From the NCBI GenBank assembly GCA_034226945.1, contig CP120462.1:496001-560000 (forward strand): a DNA stretch of 64,000 nt, read 5' to 3'. Of the stretch, positions 33,878 through 45,224 are shown piece after piece. A program made the position numbers and the translations under genes. Source of the stretch: Picochlorum sp. SENEW3 (taxonomy: Eukaryota). The notes below the pieces were generated by a model that worked only from the letters and a program-made list of their open reading frames with translations, was not told where the DNA came from and ran no database searches. Positions within the stretch are counted from its first letter, which is position 1. Every line of letters starts with the position of its first letter.

Positions 33878-34822
33878 ATGACACTGTGCACTATCTCTGG
33901 ACGACACAGGGCGTTACCTGTGGACCGTGGCTATGTGACGGGTGTCAACCGAGGATTCAAAAAACAACCTTCTCCTCGGGCTCGGATCATCCCGCACGGG
34001 TTTTCCTTGGAATCTATACCTATATCAAAAGATGTAATTGGATTGTGCATCTTTTCAGCCGCTCCGTTTGTCTTGGTTCAGGCATTCGCAGACTCTGAGG
34101 CTGGGAAGCAGATATTTGAACGGTTGAAGAATGAAAAGCCCATGCTGGAGAGGCAACGAGTGGACGTGGAGAAGGAGCGGGCTCGTGTGAGAATGATATT
34201 TCCTTGGTATGGTGCCGATCGTCCCTTGTGGGTCGTGGGAAACCAGACACCTCCCTGGTTGGATGGGACAACCTACCCAGGGGATTACGGATTTGATCCC
34301 CTCAAGCTGGGAGCAAATCGGGATGACTTGGAGCGATATTTTGAGTTGGAAATACTGCATGCAAGATGGGCCATGCTTGGTGCATTGGGGGCTATGGTTC
34401 CTGAATTTCTGGATCGATTCACATCAATAGATTTTCCAGAGCCTCGTTGGTGGAATGTTGGGGCATACAAGCTTCAGAGCAACGAAGATTTAAATTATTT
34501 TGGTATCGAAGGTCTCCGAATAGCTGGAAATCAGGGCGTGCTGGTTATTTTCCTGTGTCAGATTCTGCTCATGTTTGGGCCAGAGTATGCACGAAGCAGA
34601 GGCAGAGAGGCTTTGGAGCCCCTCGGCATCTTCTTACCAGGTGATAAAAACTACCCAGGTGGATGGCTTTTCGACCCATGTCAGCTGAGTAAAGATCCGC
34701 AAAGGTTTGAGATTATGAAGGTGCGGGAGATGAAGCATGGAAGGTTGGCCATGGTTGTTTGGCTTGTGTGGGGAGTGCAGGCTGCTTGCACCAAGCAGGG
34801 CATGTTTGACTGGATACAATGA
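33878..34822 (+). CDS. LHCB7: Lhcb7-type light-harvesting protein
   Basis: Extended N-terminus (PFVLVQAFADS), [10 protein letters not shown], and AGNQGV..CQILLMFGPEYAR...EALEPLGIFLPGDKNYPGG, as in plant Lhcb7. Confidence 0.88.
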   Translation: MTLCTISGRHRALPVDRGYVTGVNRGFKKQPSPRARIIPHGFSLESIPISKDVIGLCIFSAAPFVLVQAFADSEAGKQIFERLKNEKPMLERQRVDVEKERARVRMIFPWYGADRPLWVVGNQTPPWLDGTTYPGDYGFDPLKLGANRDDLERYFELEILHARWAMLGALGAMVPEFLDRFTSIDFPEPRWWNVGAYKLQSNEDLNYFGIEGLRIAGNQGVLVIFLCQILLMFGPEYARSRGREALEPLGIFLPGDKNYPGGWLFDPCQLSKDPQRFEIMKVREMKHGRLAMVVWLVWGVQAACTKQGMFDWIQ

Positions 34823-34923
34823 TGAATTGTTGTGGTATTTAATCAAATTGTGATTTACAAAATGTCTTCATAAAATATGATGAAATGAATGTTATTCTTG
34901 TTCAATAGTAGTCGGGTATAGTT

Positions 34924-36052
34924 TTACTCAAGTGGGGTGAATGTGGCAACTCCTTGTGTAACAGATCCCTCCTCTGGAACATCAGATGGAATCTCTCTGG
35001 CATCCAAGGTCTCAACAATAGCTTCAGGGGCTGGAGCATCGACAGCTGGAGCTGGAGCATCGACTGTTGGAGCTGGTGCATCCACTGCTGGAGCTGGTGC
35101 GTCAACTGTTGGTGCTGGTGCATCCACTGTTGGAGCTGGTGCATCCACTTCTGGAGCTGGGGCATCGACTGTTGGAACTGGTGCATCGACTGTTGGAGCT
35201 GGGGCATCGACTGTTGGAACTGGTGCATCGACTGTTGGAACTGGTGCATCGACTGCTGCAGCCTGTACATCAACTGCTGGGGCTGGTACATCCACCACAT
35301 CATCAGCAACAAAAACAGGCTCTGTGACAACTGGCAGCTCTGCAGCAACAGCTTGCGCCTCTGCATTCTGAACTGCTCCTGCCTTTGCAGGAGCAGTGGC
35401 TGTGAAAGCCACTGGGTCACTGCAGACCATGCTTTTTGGAAGAAGTGTTGCAATGTAGCAGCTGTAAGCTCCAGCGGCCACATCTCCAACTTCAAAGGGA
35501 ATAATCTCCTTTGCATCTGTGTACTCGCCAGTCACAATCTCAGAAGAGGGCTCCACAAAGCAAGATTTTCCATTTTCCACACAGAATGCAGCGTATTCCA
35601 GTTTTCCATTGTATGACACGGTCATTGGAGCCTCAAATGTTCCCGTCCATGTCGCGCCAGTGGCATCGGCCTCCACATTGTGTGGCACATATAGAGAGAG
35701 TCCTGCACAGTAGTACGTATCAAGAGTTAGTCACGATGATCTTTACTCGCATTGTAAACATTTTTGCTCGTTTTCATGTTTGCTTCTAGATGCCGAGTCT
35801 TTCACTGGCCGTGTGTACGGTCGTTTCGAAAGACGACCATGACTCCAGTCAAACAATCAGATAGAGTCTCAATCACACGTTTCCAGCAGAGATTCCCGCA
35901 CACTCCTCAACTCGTGTGCAACACCAAACTCCAAAAAATCAAGAAAGCATCAGAGACCTCGTCTATCCGAAGCCTGGTCACCCACCTGCAGCAGCATTCG
36001 CCGAAGCAAACATTCCAGCCCCAAGGGCTGCAACCATTCCAATCTTAATCAT
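34924..36052 (-). CDS. Secreted protein with a small Cys-containing domain and a Pro/Ala/Thr-rich repeat stalk; exons 36052-35986 and 35702-34924
   Basis: Signal-peptide exon MIKIGMVAALGAGMFASANA splices in frame (GCAG|GTGGGT...TGCAG|GA) to ORF 34924-35688. Confidence 0.7.
35024..35295 (-). repeat. Coding 21-bp tandem repeat (about 12-13 units, PAPTVDA-like)
   Basis: Units such as TGGTGCATCGACTGTTGGAAC are visible on the plus strand. Confidence 0.9.
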
Positions 36053-36319
36053 ATTAATCGTTTTGCGTCACGGTACGTCAAGGTATTGTCGATTTATAAA
36101 ATTGCAATACAATCTACCGCGTGAGCACGGTCGCTTTCTAATGATCGAGATCACAATGAGGCGCCACCCATCGTTTCGATTTCCCAATGTCAGACACTTG
36201 CATGAAGATGCATTATCCACGTGTGATCGTACCATGCATCCATGCTCATACAATTCGACATCGACACTATTAGTATACGTGTATTTTTACAAAAACGCAT
36301 TTCAATACTCGAAATAGCA

Positions 36320-37660
36320 TCATGCCACTCTCTTTGTAAATGTTACTGGTGCTCCGTGGAACACCTGACCCTCTGGATCACTCAGAGCAACCCCAATGCC
36401 ATTCCATGAGGATCCATGGGCCTTGTCACTTCCTGAATAGTACAATCTCCATCGACCTTTGGCCATGGACACAGCCCATGGCGTTCCAACAGAGCCAGAA
36501 TCCCAGCATTCATCATCCTCTGATGCCTCCAGAATTGGTGCATCGCATCTCTTCCAGGACGATATACCATCCTTGGAGACTGCCATACCTATAGATCTGC
36601 GCTTCTTTGCTCTGCAGACTCCCTCATAAAACATAAAATACTGCTTTGTATCAATGTCTCGAACAACGCATCGAGATGCTGCTCCCATGGAGTCAAAGGT
36701 ATCATCGGGCGCCCCTTCAGGAGCACCATCAAACACAGGCCCCCGCTTCTCCCACCTAAATCCATCCGGGGATGTTGCGACACCAACCACATATCGCTTC
36801 TTCTTTTCATCATAACTGTGATAATACATTCTCATATCGCGTGGACCAGCTGCCACAACTTGCGGTGCTCCAATAAATAATGCATCCCATTCACCAGGCT
36901 CTCCAACATCAAACAACGCACCAGTGTGATGATCTCCCTCAATTCTGGCAAAATTCCTACCATCCTGGGACATTGCAAGCCCTGGTCGCGTTCGAAGACC
37001 TTCCCGCTCAGTAGGACACACATCCGTCACTCGTAACCCCTCCGGCACCTGGACCTGTTCAAAGTCCCCTCCAGCATAGAAACACCAATACACCCCTCCA
37101 GGAGAATCCACAGCACTGTTTGACAAAATCTGCACATCAGACACCGACACATGGCACGTATCATGCGTCCACCAATCCTCATTCGGCTGAAGCACTTTTC
37201 CTACATCTTTGGACCGCGATTCCCCTCGAGCGCCTGAAATTGGACCATGTCCTCGCTCCCACTGCAACCCATCTGATGATACAGCAAGCCCGATAGACCC
37301 AGATGATGGAAAGATTCCATCTATATCATGGCATGCCGTACTCTTTCCTGTGTACCACATAAACCATCGCTGCTCATTATCACCAAGATAGTACCGTACG
37401 ATTGGATGGCCAACGCCAGCTTCGTCCCATGCTGCAGGCTCTCCGGTCGAAAACAGCAACCCTGGTTGTTCTGTTCCCACAACAGCACAACTTCTCGATA
37501 CACCCCTTCCGCGGCTTACTGATGCGTATTTTGAGGCATTATTCTTGTTTCTAAAGCGTCTTTGGTGACCAGCGTGCCATGTATGCAAAATCTGAGTTCT
37601 GGAATGACATGTCGCATGTGACAATCCTGACGAATTATACCCAAAACAGGATACCTCCAT
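36320..37660 (-). CDS. Five-bladed beta-propeller glycoside-hydrolase-like protein, probably plastid-targeted
   Basis: Repeated blades (WD...P.V, MxYxG, IGLAxSxDGxxW) and a transit-like N-terminus. Confidence 0.75.
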   Translation of the reverse strand: MEVSCFGYNSSGLSHATCHSRTQILHTWHAGHQRRFRNKNNASKYASVSRGRGVSRSCAVVGTEQPGLLFSTGEPAAWDEAGVGHPIVRYYLGDNEQRWFMWYTGKSTACHDIDGIFPSSGSIGLAVSSDGLQWERGHGPISGARGESRSKDVGKVLQPNEDWWTHDTCHVSVSDVQILSNSAVDSPGGVYWCFYAGGDFEQVQVPEGLRVTDVCPTEREGLRTRPGLAMSQDGRNFARIEGDHHTGALFDVGEPGEWDALFIGAPQVVAAGPRDMRMYYHSYDEKKKRYVVGVATSPDGFRWEKRGPVFDGAPEGAPDDTFDSMGAASRCVVRDIDTKQYFMFYEGVCRAKKRRSIGMAVSKDGISSWKRCDAPILEASEDDECWDSGSVGTPWAVSMAKGRWRLYYSGSDKAHGSSWNGIGVALSDPEGQVFHGAPVTFTKRVA

Positions 37661-37922
37661 CGTATATCTCTTCGACTTGACACTATACCAGTATTTCAAG
37701 CAATACTATCCACTTTACTCTGTGGAAGAGCGGGAAAAGAAGACGCATCTTCTTCCCATACATGGGAACTGGATCACTACAATCGACGTTGCAATACTAC
37801 TAATATGGTTTCAGCACAGAAATATCGATTGCAAAAGTCAGGTTCGATTGTTTGTATCAGACCCATGTGGCCATTAAATAGTATTAAAAATATCTATATA
37901 TTGAGAATATACTGCGTATAAA

Positions 37923-38504
37923 ATGCAGAGTGCGGTGGTGAGGGCTGTTTGTAGCACGAATGTCCGTGTCGAAAAATCTCAAAACCATGTTGTGACGTGT
38001 CGGACAAGGGGCGGGTTTGGTCGACAGATGGGATTAAACCCTGTGTGTGCGGCTACTAGGAACACTAATAGAGCGTTTGTTGCGCACGCGATGGAGGATG
38101 GAGGATCGACGACACCTGTCTGGTCCCATGTGATGGTAGCCTTGGTTGATGCCAATCCGTCCTTGTCGACTGCAAGTCGGACTGCGTTGCAGCAGGGAGC
38201 TCGTTTGGCAATGGGGGAAGGAAAATTGACTGTACTGATCCTCAATGATCAGGGGAAAGAGGAGGATCCGGAGCGAATGACCAAGTTGAAGAGTGAGTTG
38301 GAGGGAATTGGACTCAAAAATGTAGAGGTTGTTGAGGAGTCGATAGAGCATTCGACTGGGAAGGGGTCTGTGGCTATTGGGGATGCAGCGGATAATTTCG
38401 AAGCTGATTTGGTGGTGATGAGTACCAATGTTGTGCATGAAAAGCATGTAGATGCGAATCTGTTGGCAGAGTTTGTGCCAGCGCCTGTGCTGTTTTTGCC
38501 TTGA
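37923..38504 (+). CDS. Universal-stress-protein-like domain protein with transit-like peptide
   Basis: AIGDAADNFEADLVVMS...DANLLAEFVPAPVLFLP matches the USP C-terminal pattern. Confidence 0.7.
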   Translation: MQSAVVRAVCSTNVRVEKSQNHVVTCRTRGGFGRQMGLNPVCAATRNTNRAFVAHAMEDGGSTTPVWSHVMVALVDANPSLSTASRTALQQGARLAMGEGKLTVLILNDQGKEEDPERMTKLKSELEGIGLKNVEVVEESIEHSTGKGSVAIGDAADNFEADLVVMSTNVVHEKHVDANLLAEFVPAPVLFLP

Positions 38505-38561
38505 TAGCTTGATGATATTACATGTGTATGAAGGCAGAGATGTAACAGTTTTGTACAGTAT

Positions 38562-41500
38562 CTAAATAGTGAGGAATGATCCGCAGATGGGATCGTCTCT
38601 GTAAATTCCGAATTGCTGTAAACAGATTTCCCACATGCCACTAGGAAGCATGGCAGCTCCTGCAAGGGCTCCAGTGAAACCAGCATTGTTTTCTATTCCC
38701 ACCATGGATGCGTCATTTGTTCGTTCGTCAATATAATAATCGCTTTTGCCAGGACCATGGACCAACGCGCCAGTCAGTTGATATGTGTCTGGGTCGGGAG
38801 ATAGATAGCTTGTTACCCTGTTGCAGACACCTGGGCGCGCTGGGCACGCAGCAGCTCTGTCTTGAGTTCGTTTGGGTGGATTATGTCCTTGTCCTATCAC
38901 CATACTTCGACCTGCATCTCCCATCATGTAGCGAACTTGTGAGAGTCCCCAGCACTTGTATGCTTGTGATTTGGCAGAGTCTTTGTGCTCAATGAGGTCT
39001 GCATACATGAAAGCAGACATGGCAATGTTTGCAGTTGACCCCAAGGGTGCACTGAATGCATTATATGCTCGACCTCGTCGTGTATAGTTTGCTGCATTAT
39101 TTGCACACATCCAGTTGCGGAGGAAGTCTTCGCTGTGCTTGACAAAGGTTGAGTTGCCAGTTTCTTGAGCCATCAAGACATTCAGAGGCCAGAAGACGTT
39201 GTCCCAATCGAATGCGTACTTCCAAGAAGATGCTGATGATTCTTCTTCTAAATACGATATGTAATGAGTATACATATCGTCCAGATATCCCTGCTCTTTT
39301 GTTGCTTTGTATAGCCAGCCTGCTGCCCAGGCAAGGTCATCATACATGCTAGACGAGTTGTACAGCTCGGACAGGTTATGGTCGCCCCTATCGAATCTAA
39401 ACTTGGCACCAACCGAGTCTTCATAAACTTCTTTGGCTTTGTTGAGAAGTTTTTCTGTGTACTCGGGAGTCTCATATCCAGATTCTCTGAATAAGGTGGA
39501 GGCAGCGGCAAGTCCAGCTGACACAGATCCACCCAAGTCAGCACCATAGCCTCCAACGCTTGAGTAGAGGTCTACAGCAAACGCTTCTCTTGTTCTGGCA
39601 TCTTCTGGGCGATACCAGAGCTCTGGTTCGCGTTCTACGTCACCAACCCTTGTGACTAACAGTGATTTATCTTCCAAAGGAATTCTACGATGAACCTTCA
39701 TGAGATAATCTGCTCCAGTTTTGACAGAGTCCATCAAATAGTCTGTTTGGCCAGATATTTCGAATGCATTATGGAATCCCATGAATCCCCAAGCAAGCAC
39801 ACTAGTTGTAAAGGCAATTGGACTGGTGGCTTTGATGTTACCTCCTTTCATACCTGAGACCCAACCCCCTGAAAGGTCCCATGGTGTGGATGTTGCAAGC
39901 TTGAGTTCTATCTCAGACATTGCGAATGGATCTGATAGTCCTGCAAATGGATCAGAGGAGCCACCAAACGGATCTGAGGAGCCACCAAACGGATCTGAGG
40001 AGCCAAATGGATCAGAGGAGCCAAACGGATCAGAGGAGCCAAACGGATCTGACGAACCACCAAACGGATCTGACGAGCCAAATGGATCAGAGGAGCCAAA
40101 TGGATCTGACATGCCACCAAACGGATCAGAGGAGCCAAATGGATCTGACGAGCCACCAAATGGATCTGACGAACCACCAAATGGATCTGAGGAGTCAAAT
40201 GGATCTGACGAGCCACCAAATGGATCAGATGCTCCCAAAGGAGCAAGGTTGCTGAATGGATCAAAGGAAACTGATGAGCTAGATGAATCAGATGAACTGA
40301 ATGGATCAGCAAAAATATCCTGCTCTTGAGAAGCGGTGTCGACTGCAGAGGCAAAAGCATCAGATGCATCACCAGATTGCAACAATTTCCTTCCAAAAGG
40401 CTGACTATATCGTGAACCAAAAGGCTGTACAGCTATGTTGTCAAGGAGAAGCGTATCATTTATGTTCTCTGCCAGATAAACAGCCGATTGTGTTTCACCA
40501 GCAAATGAACCTGTAAACAAAACTGACCAGATTAAACATGCACAGATACACCATGATCTGAAACTGCATTCACGTACTTTGTCTCCAAGAGACCCTGAAG
40601 TCACCAGGCAATTGGCCAACCCGTTGTGTATCAAAAAAGTATAAGCTGTTGCTCAGAGCTTCACTGTAGTCATATGTCCTAGGATACAGGAGCCACACTA
40701 GAACAACACCAAATATGCTCAAAAATGTTGAGATGAACATCATCACACGGCACACCAAGGTGAAGAACAAAGGTGACCTGTAAATAGCGTACTGGATCAA
40801 AAGATAGAGCGGGACCAGGTTGTACGCAATGAAGATGATTGAAATTGCCAAGGGTGTGTCGGTCACCTCTCCTCTAACGTAGGTGATCAAACCAAAAATC
40901 AAAGTGACGATTGAGAAAATGAACCAAATACTTGCCATCCAGAGATCGCGTATTGGTAGATTGTTGAGCTTCTGCAGACCTTTTGCAGTCACCTTGAACA
41001 CAATAGTGCCAGCCAACCACCTTCCTACTGTTGCTCGATACATAGCTTTCAGGAATGCCCACCACAGAATGCTGTTTGCTACAGATGCAAACCACATCGA
41101 CTGCAACAAGAGGATGAATGTTTATATAGATGATTTGTGGAAGCATGAAATACATAAATCACATACCTTTAGATGTCTCAGTGATCTTGTGTAATACATC
41201 ACCATTAACGTTGCTGGGTAGTAAACAGTGACTGCTATGGCACACCATATGTTGATGACAATGGGGAAAACACCAAACCAAACGGTAACCATAGGTACCA
41301 ACATGAGCAAGGGTGTACCTATAAAGGCTGAGAAGTATGACAAGGCCACAGAGCCATAAAGCCAGCGCATGAGGAGGGATAAGCCTTGGGCGCCTTTCCC
41401 AAATGTTGGATTTCTCACCCTGTTGTAGAATAACTGAAAATGTCCCTTGGCCCATCTCGATCTCTGTTGAAAGCAATTTCTCACCTCATCAGGAGCTTCA

Positions 41501-43248
41501 CCAAGAGCCAAATACTCATCGACGTACCGGCACTGCCAATTGCGTCTCTTGAGTTCGATACCAAGGGCAAAATCCTCAGTCAAAGTCCAATCAGGAAACC
41601 ACCCTGCTTCTTGGAACGCTTTTGCTCTCAGCAAAAAATTTGTACCTGTGCACGAAATCAAACCAAGAGCATCATATCCTGGTTGAGTATAGTCCCAGAA
41701 GTGCACATTAGCATGGTTGAAAATGTCCCCATCGTGATTAAGGTTTGAAAATGCCTGTGGGGTCAAGATCATTGCAACATCTTCACCCCCATCCAAAAGT
41801 GGCACTGTTTTGCTGAAGAAATCGGCATTAGGCACCTGATCAGCATCAAAAACACACACAATTTCATTTGATGGAATGTCTAAATCTTCTCCAGGGTAGA
41901 TAAGTCTCATGGCATGATTAATATTGTTAGATTTTCCATTCATCTCTCCCTTAGCCCTCTTTCTGCCACTAATGTAGACAGCATTGTTCATATTCAACGA
42001 TCGAACAAACGACTTCTTCTCTGGATCTTTGCCATCATCGAGAAGATACACTGTCCTTTTGCAATTCACTGGCAATGCAGCAAACATGGCAGCCAGAAAA
42101 GTTTTGGTGACGACATCAAGAGGCTCTTTGTAGCATGGTATCAGAATTCGTATATGATACCGCAGATTTGTCTGCGCTGGAAGGCCATTCAAAGCAGCAG
42201 TGACAGCCTCTGGTACAGGATCTGTCACTTTGAATATCAGGCAAAGACCATATGGCAATACAGCAAAAGCTCCCAAAATCTCAGCCATGAGTACTATAAC
42301 TCCATACCACAAAGAGGAGCCCAAATCAAGAGTCTTTGCGGCACGAATCGACACATAGATGATGAATGCCATGATGTAGAAAATGTAAATGATCATCCCA
42401 GGCCAATTCACTGCAACCTGCTTCTTGTGTGACTTGGGGATTCTTCCATGACACGTCTCTGCTGTCTCCATAGTGTCGTTATCCATATAAAATGTTAGAA
42501 CCTCGTCCCCGACATATTCTGGCTGTGGTAAAAATTGAGCTTTTAAGAGCTCTGTTGTCGCGGTAATCTCAGAATCCTTGATGGAAGAAGCTCCCCCACA
42601 AGACAAGGATGCCTTCTCATCACCAGATTCACTGGCCCCTGAAAAGTCAACCGAGGTTCCCTGAAGGTGGACCTTATCCAAGCCAATAGTGTCATCATTT
42701 TTCGACATCGCGCGAAGCATATCTACGACAGTGCTTGTTAATCTGCGGACATGCTGAATCGGGACCCCTTGATGTGCTGAGAGGTCTGAGCCATTTACTG
42801 ATGGAGTCCAGCTGTCCTTTCCAGCAACAGCCTTGTCTTTTCCTGCACAGCATCATGCATCATACATTCGTCGTTCTTTATTGATGCTTCCGGTGTATTA
42901 TTAAGTGCACATACCTTTATAAGGAGATGACAAAATTTCATCAAGCGAATCCTTCACATTGCTGAGGTGTTCTATCAACTCATCAGAGTCCTCCGAGGGT
43001 GCTTGGCCCATAGATTCACCCACTGATGCATCTACAAGCTTCCTTTCAGGCGTGATAGGAGATCCACTGAGGGATGGCGGGGCCTTTGGCGTGCTGCTAG
43101 ATGGAGCATCTGGAGCTGCACTTGGTGGAGCCTCCGTTGTAGAATCATCTGTTCCTCCATTCTCCACATCAGCATCACTTTCCTCCTTGCCCTGTTTCTT
43201 GGTCCAACTAAGTCTCTTCGACACTATACTCTTCACAGTCGATTTCAT
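38562..43248 (-). CDS. GT2 processive beta-glucan synthase (BcsA/CesA-like) fused to a degenerate GH9 domain, 1493 aa; exons 43248-42915, 42842-41167, 41100-40578, 40510-38562
   Basis: Three canonical GT-AG introns join four listed ORFs in frame (4482 nt). GT2 motifs IPCYKEP, DDG, DADQ, TPQ, TED, QRSRW and FKVTAK. GH9 motifs DYSEAL..FFDTQR.G.LP..V.WR, DDLAWAAGWLYKAT, FDWDN and GALVHGP. Confidence 0.88.
39926..40308 (-). repeat. Coding tandem repeat of 18/21-bp units (SDPFG(G)S)
   Basis: GGATCTGA(C/G)GAGCC(ACC)AAA units on the plus strand; about 18-20 DPF motifs in the translation. Confidence 0.9.
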
Positions 43249-43782
43249 GAAGAGCAAAGTCTATGGCGCAAATGTCTTCTCTAGGCTTTCTTAACACTTT
43301 TGAACCTGCTGCTGCACCGATGCAAAAATTTCCCACAGATCACCCAATTGATACGCAAAATCTCGTCGTCAATAGAAGAATTGAACAACTCAAAGCCTCC
43401 AAAACATATTTCTTATCTATTCAGACCTCTCAATGACCTGGGCGGCTTCAGACGCTGACTCACACAAGTTCCAGAAGAAGCAGATCAACCACAAGGTGAA
43501 CACTATCTGATTTCTTTGCTATGCAAATATTATAATGTATTGCACCAATGTCAGAAATTTACCCGCATCCTATGGCATTCTTGCAAGCTTATAGAATCCA
43601 CATTGTTGCCAGTATCCTTGGACGTTGGAAGTCCCACATGGGTACGTGAGAACAGAGTTGGCCCATCCTAGGTGGTTCTTGTTTTCTGCCACCCCTGTCC
43701 CGAGGACAGGTGTCTTTCGATACCTGCGCCCGATCCATCATGAAAACCTTTCATAAAATTTTTAACACTCTCTTCAATGAAA

Positions 43783-45132
43783 TTAGCTACCGCGATCAAT
43801 CCCTCTTTTCGCCAGCAGCGCACTTCCAAAGCTCGCTTCACCCTGAGCAGCCACATACACTCTGGATCCGATGAATTTCTCTCTGAGCTTTGTCCATACT
43901 GGATTCTTCGCCCCACCACCACATGTATATACCTCCTTCACAGGATCAGCCCCCAGCCGCTCCAACAGTCCGTACGCCCTACCCTCAGTCTTGGCCATGG
44001 ATTCCAGAATGCCTTGCAGGAAGACGGCATCATTCTCTGGGCGCGGCTCCATGCAAGGCATAAGATTCGGATCATTCTCTGGAAATCGCTCCCCTTTAGA
44101 TGGCAACACTACATATTCTAGGCCTGTCAGAGTATCAGGATCCATTTCGCCAGTCAATCGCGCCAACTCTGTATCATCAAAGAACTGTCTCAAAACAGCA
44201 CCACCAGTATTTGAAGCTCCACCAACAAGCCACGTATTCCCCAGGCGATGCGAATACACACCATAACGTGCATCGTTGACAGGATTCCGGCTAATAAGCT
44301 TGATTGCAAGTGTACTTCCCAAGGACGTGACAGCTTGGCCAGGCTCATGCACCCCGGAAGCCAGGAAAGCTGCAATACTATCTGTTGTCCCTGCACAAAC
44401 AATGCATTCGGGAGAAATACCGAGTTCTTCTGCAGAACTCTTATCAATCACACCAACTGGGGACCCAGGTGCATGAACATGCTGGGGCAGAATCGCCATA
44501 ATGGCCTCATGATGCATGAGCCATGCAGGATATGCTTCCTCAGCAGGATCAAAGCCCACCTTCAATGCATTATTATAATCTGTGTGTCCAATCTTCCTAT
44601 GAAGCTGAAACGCTACAAAGTCAGACTGATGCATCAATGTATGACGCCTCCCTGAGTCCTCAAGTCCATCCAAAAACGCAAATGCCTTGCACAATGTACT
44701 TGTCGCTGATGTTACTGTGTGCCCTTCTTCAGTGCAGATGGATCGCACCATCTCCTGGTACCGGGCTTCCTGTGCCTCATTATACATTTTCGCTTCTGTA
44801 ATCGGCAACCCATCCTCGTCAACAATAAGAGCAGTACTAGATGTCCCATCCACAGCAATCGCCTGCAGAGGGCCCGAACGAATGCTCCTTAAGAGAGTCT
44901 TGAGAGCACTCTGCCAAGCAGAGGGAGAAGACGCTCCTCCATCATAGGAGGTCCGATATTCCTCCACAATGTCCTCATCCTCATTAATTACAGTACATCG
45001 GGCACCACTTGTGCCATAATCGATGCCTGCGTAATACGCGTGCGTTCTTGAAAAGAAACGTTTCGGGGATTGGCTTGGAGACACGCGTGGCTGACCTCCA
45101 AACCGATCAATTCTTCCCACATGAACATTCAT
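43783..45132 (-). CDS. FGGY-family carbohydrate kinase (D-ribulose kinase / XK-1-like)
   Basis: GIDYGTSGAR, AVDGTSST, GTTDSIAAF, SLGSTLA, GGASNTGG and GGGAKN. Start taken at MNVHV. Confidence 0.9.
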   Translation of the reverse strand: MNVHVGRIDRFGGQPRVSPSQSPKRFFSRTHAYYAGIDYGTSGARCTVINEDEDIVEEYRTSYDGGASSPSAWQSALKTLLRSIRSGPLQAIAVDGTSSTALIVDEDGLPITEAKMYNEAQEARYQEMVRSICTEEGHTVTSATSTLCKAFAFLDGLEDSGRRHTLMHQSDFVAFQLHRKIGHTDYNNALKVGFDPAEEAYPAWLMHHEAIMAILPQHVHAPGSPVGVIDKSSAEELGISPECIVCAGTTDSIAAFLASGVHEPGQAVTSLGSTLAIKLISRNPVNDARYGVYSHRLGNTWLVGGASNTGGAVLRQFFDDTELARLTGEMDPDTLTGLEYVVLPSKGERFPENDPNLMPCMEPRPENDAVFLQGILESMAKTEGRAYGLLERLGADPVKEVYTCGGGAKNPVWTKLREKFIGSRVYVAAQGEASFGSALLAKRGIDRGS

Positions 45133-45224
45133 ACTTGATAATAAAATGGATGTGAAACGTAATAAAAGTATTGAACGTGTACTACAACGGCAAGGTCGAT
45201 TTGAAAACCTGAAATGAAAATTCC

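Noticed and set aside
39926..40308. Regular short repeats as a CRISPR array, or DPF motifs as AP-2 binding sites
   Set aside because: The units are contiguous in-frame coding repeats with no unique spacers, in a eukaryote. The predicted topology puts them outside the cytosol.
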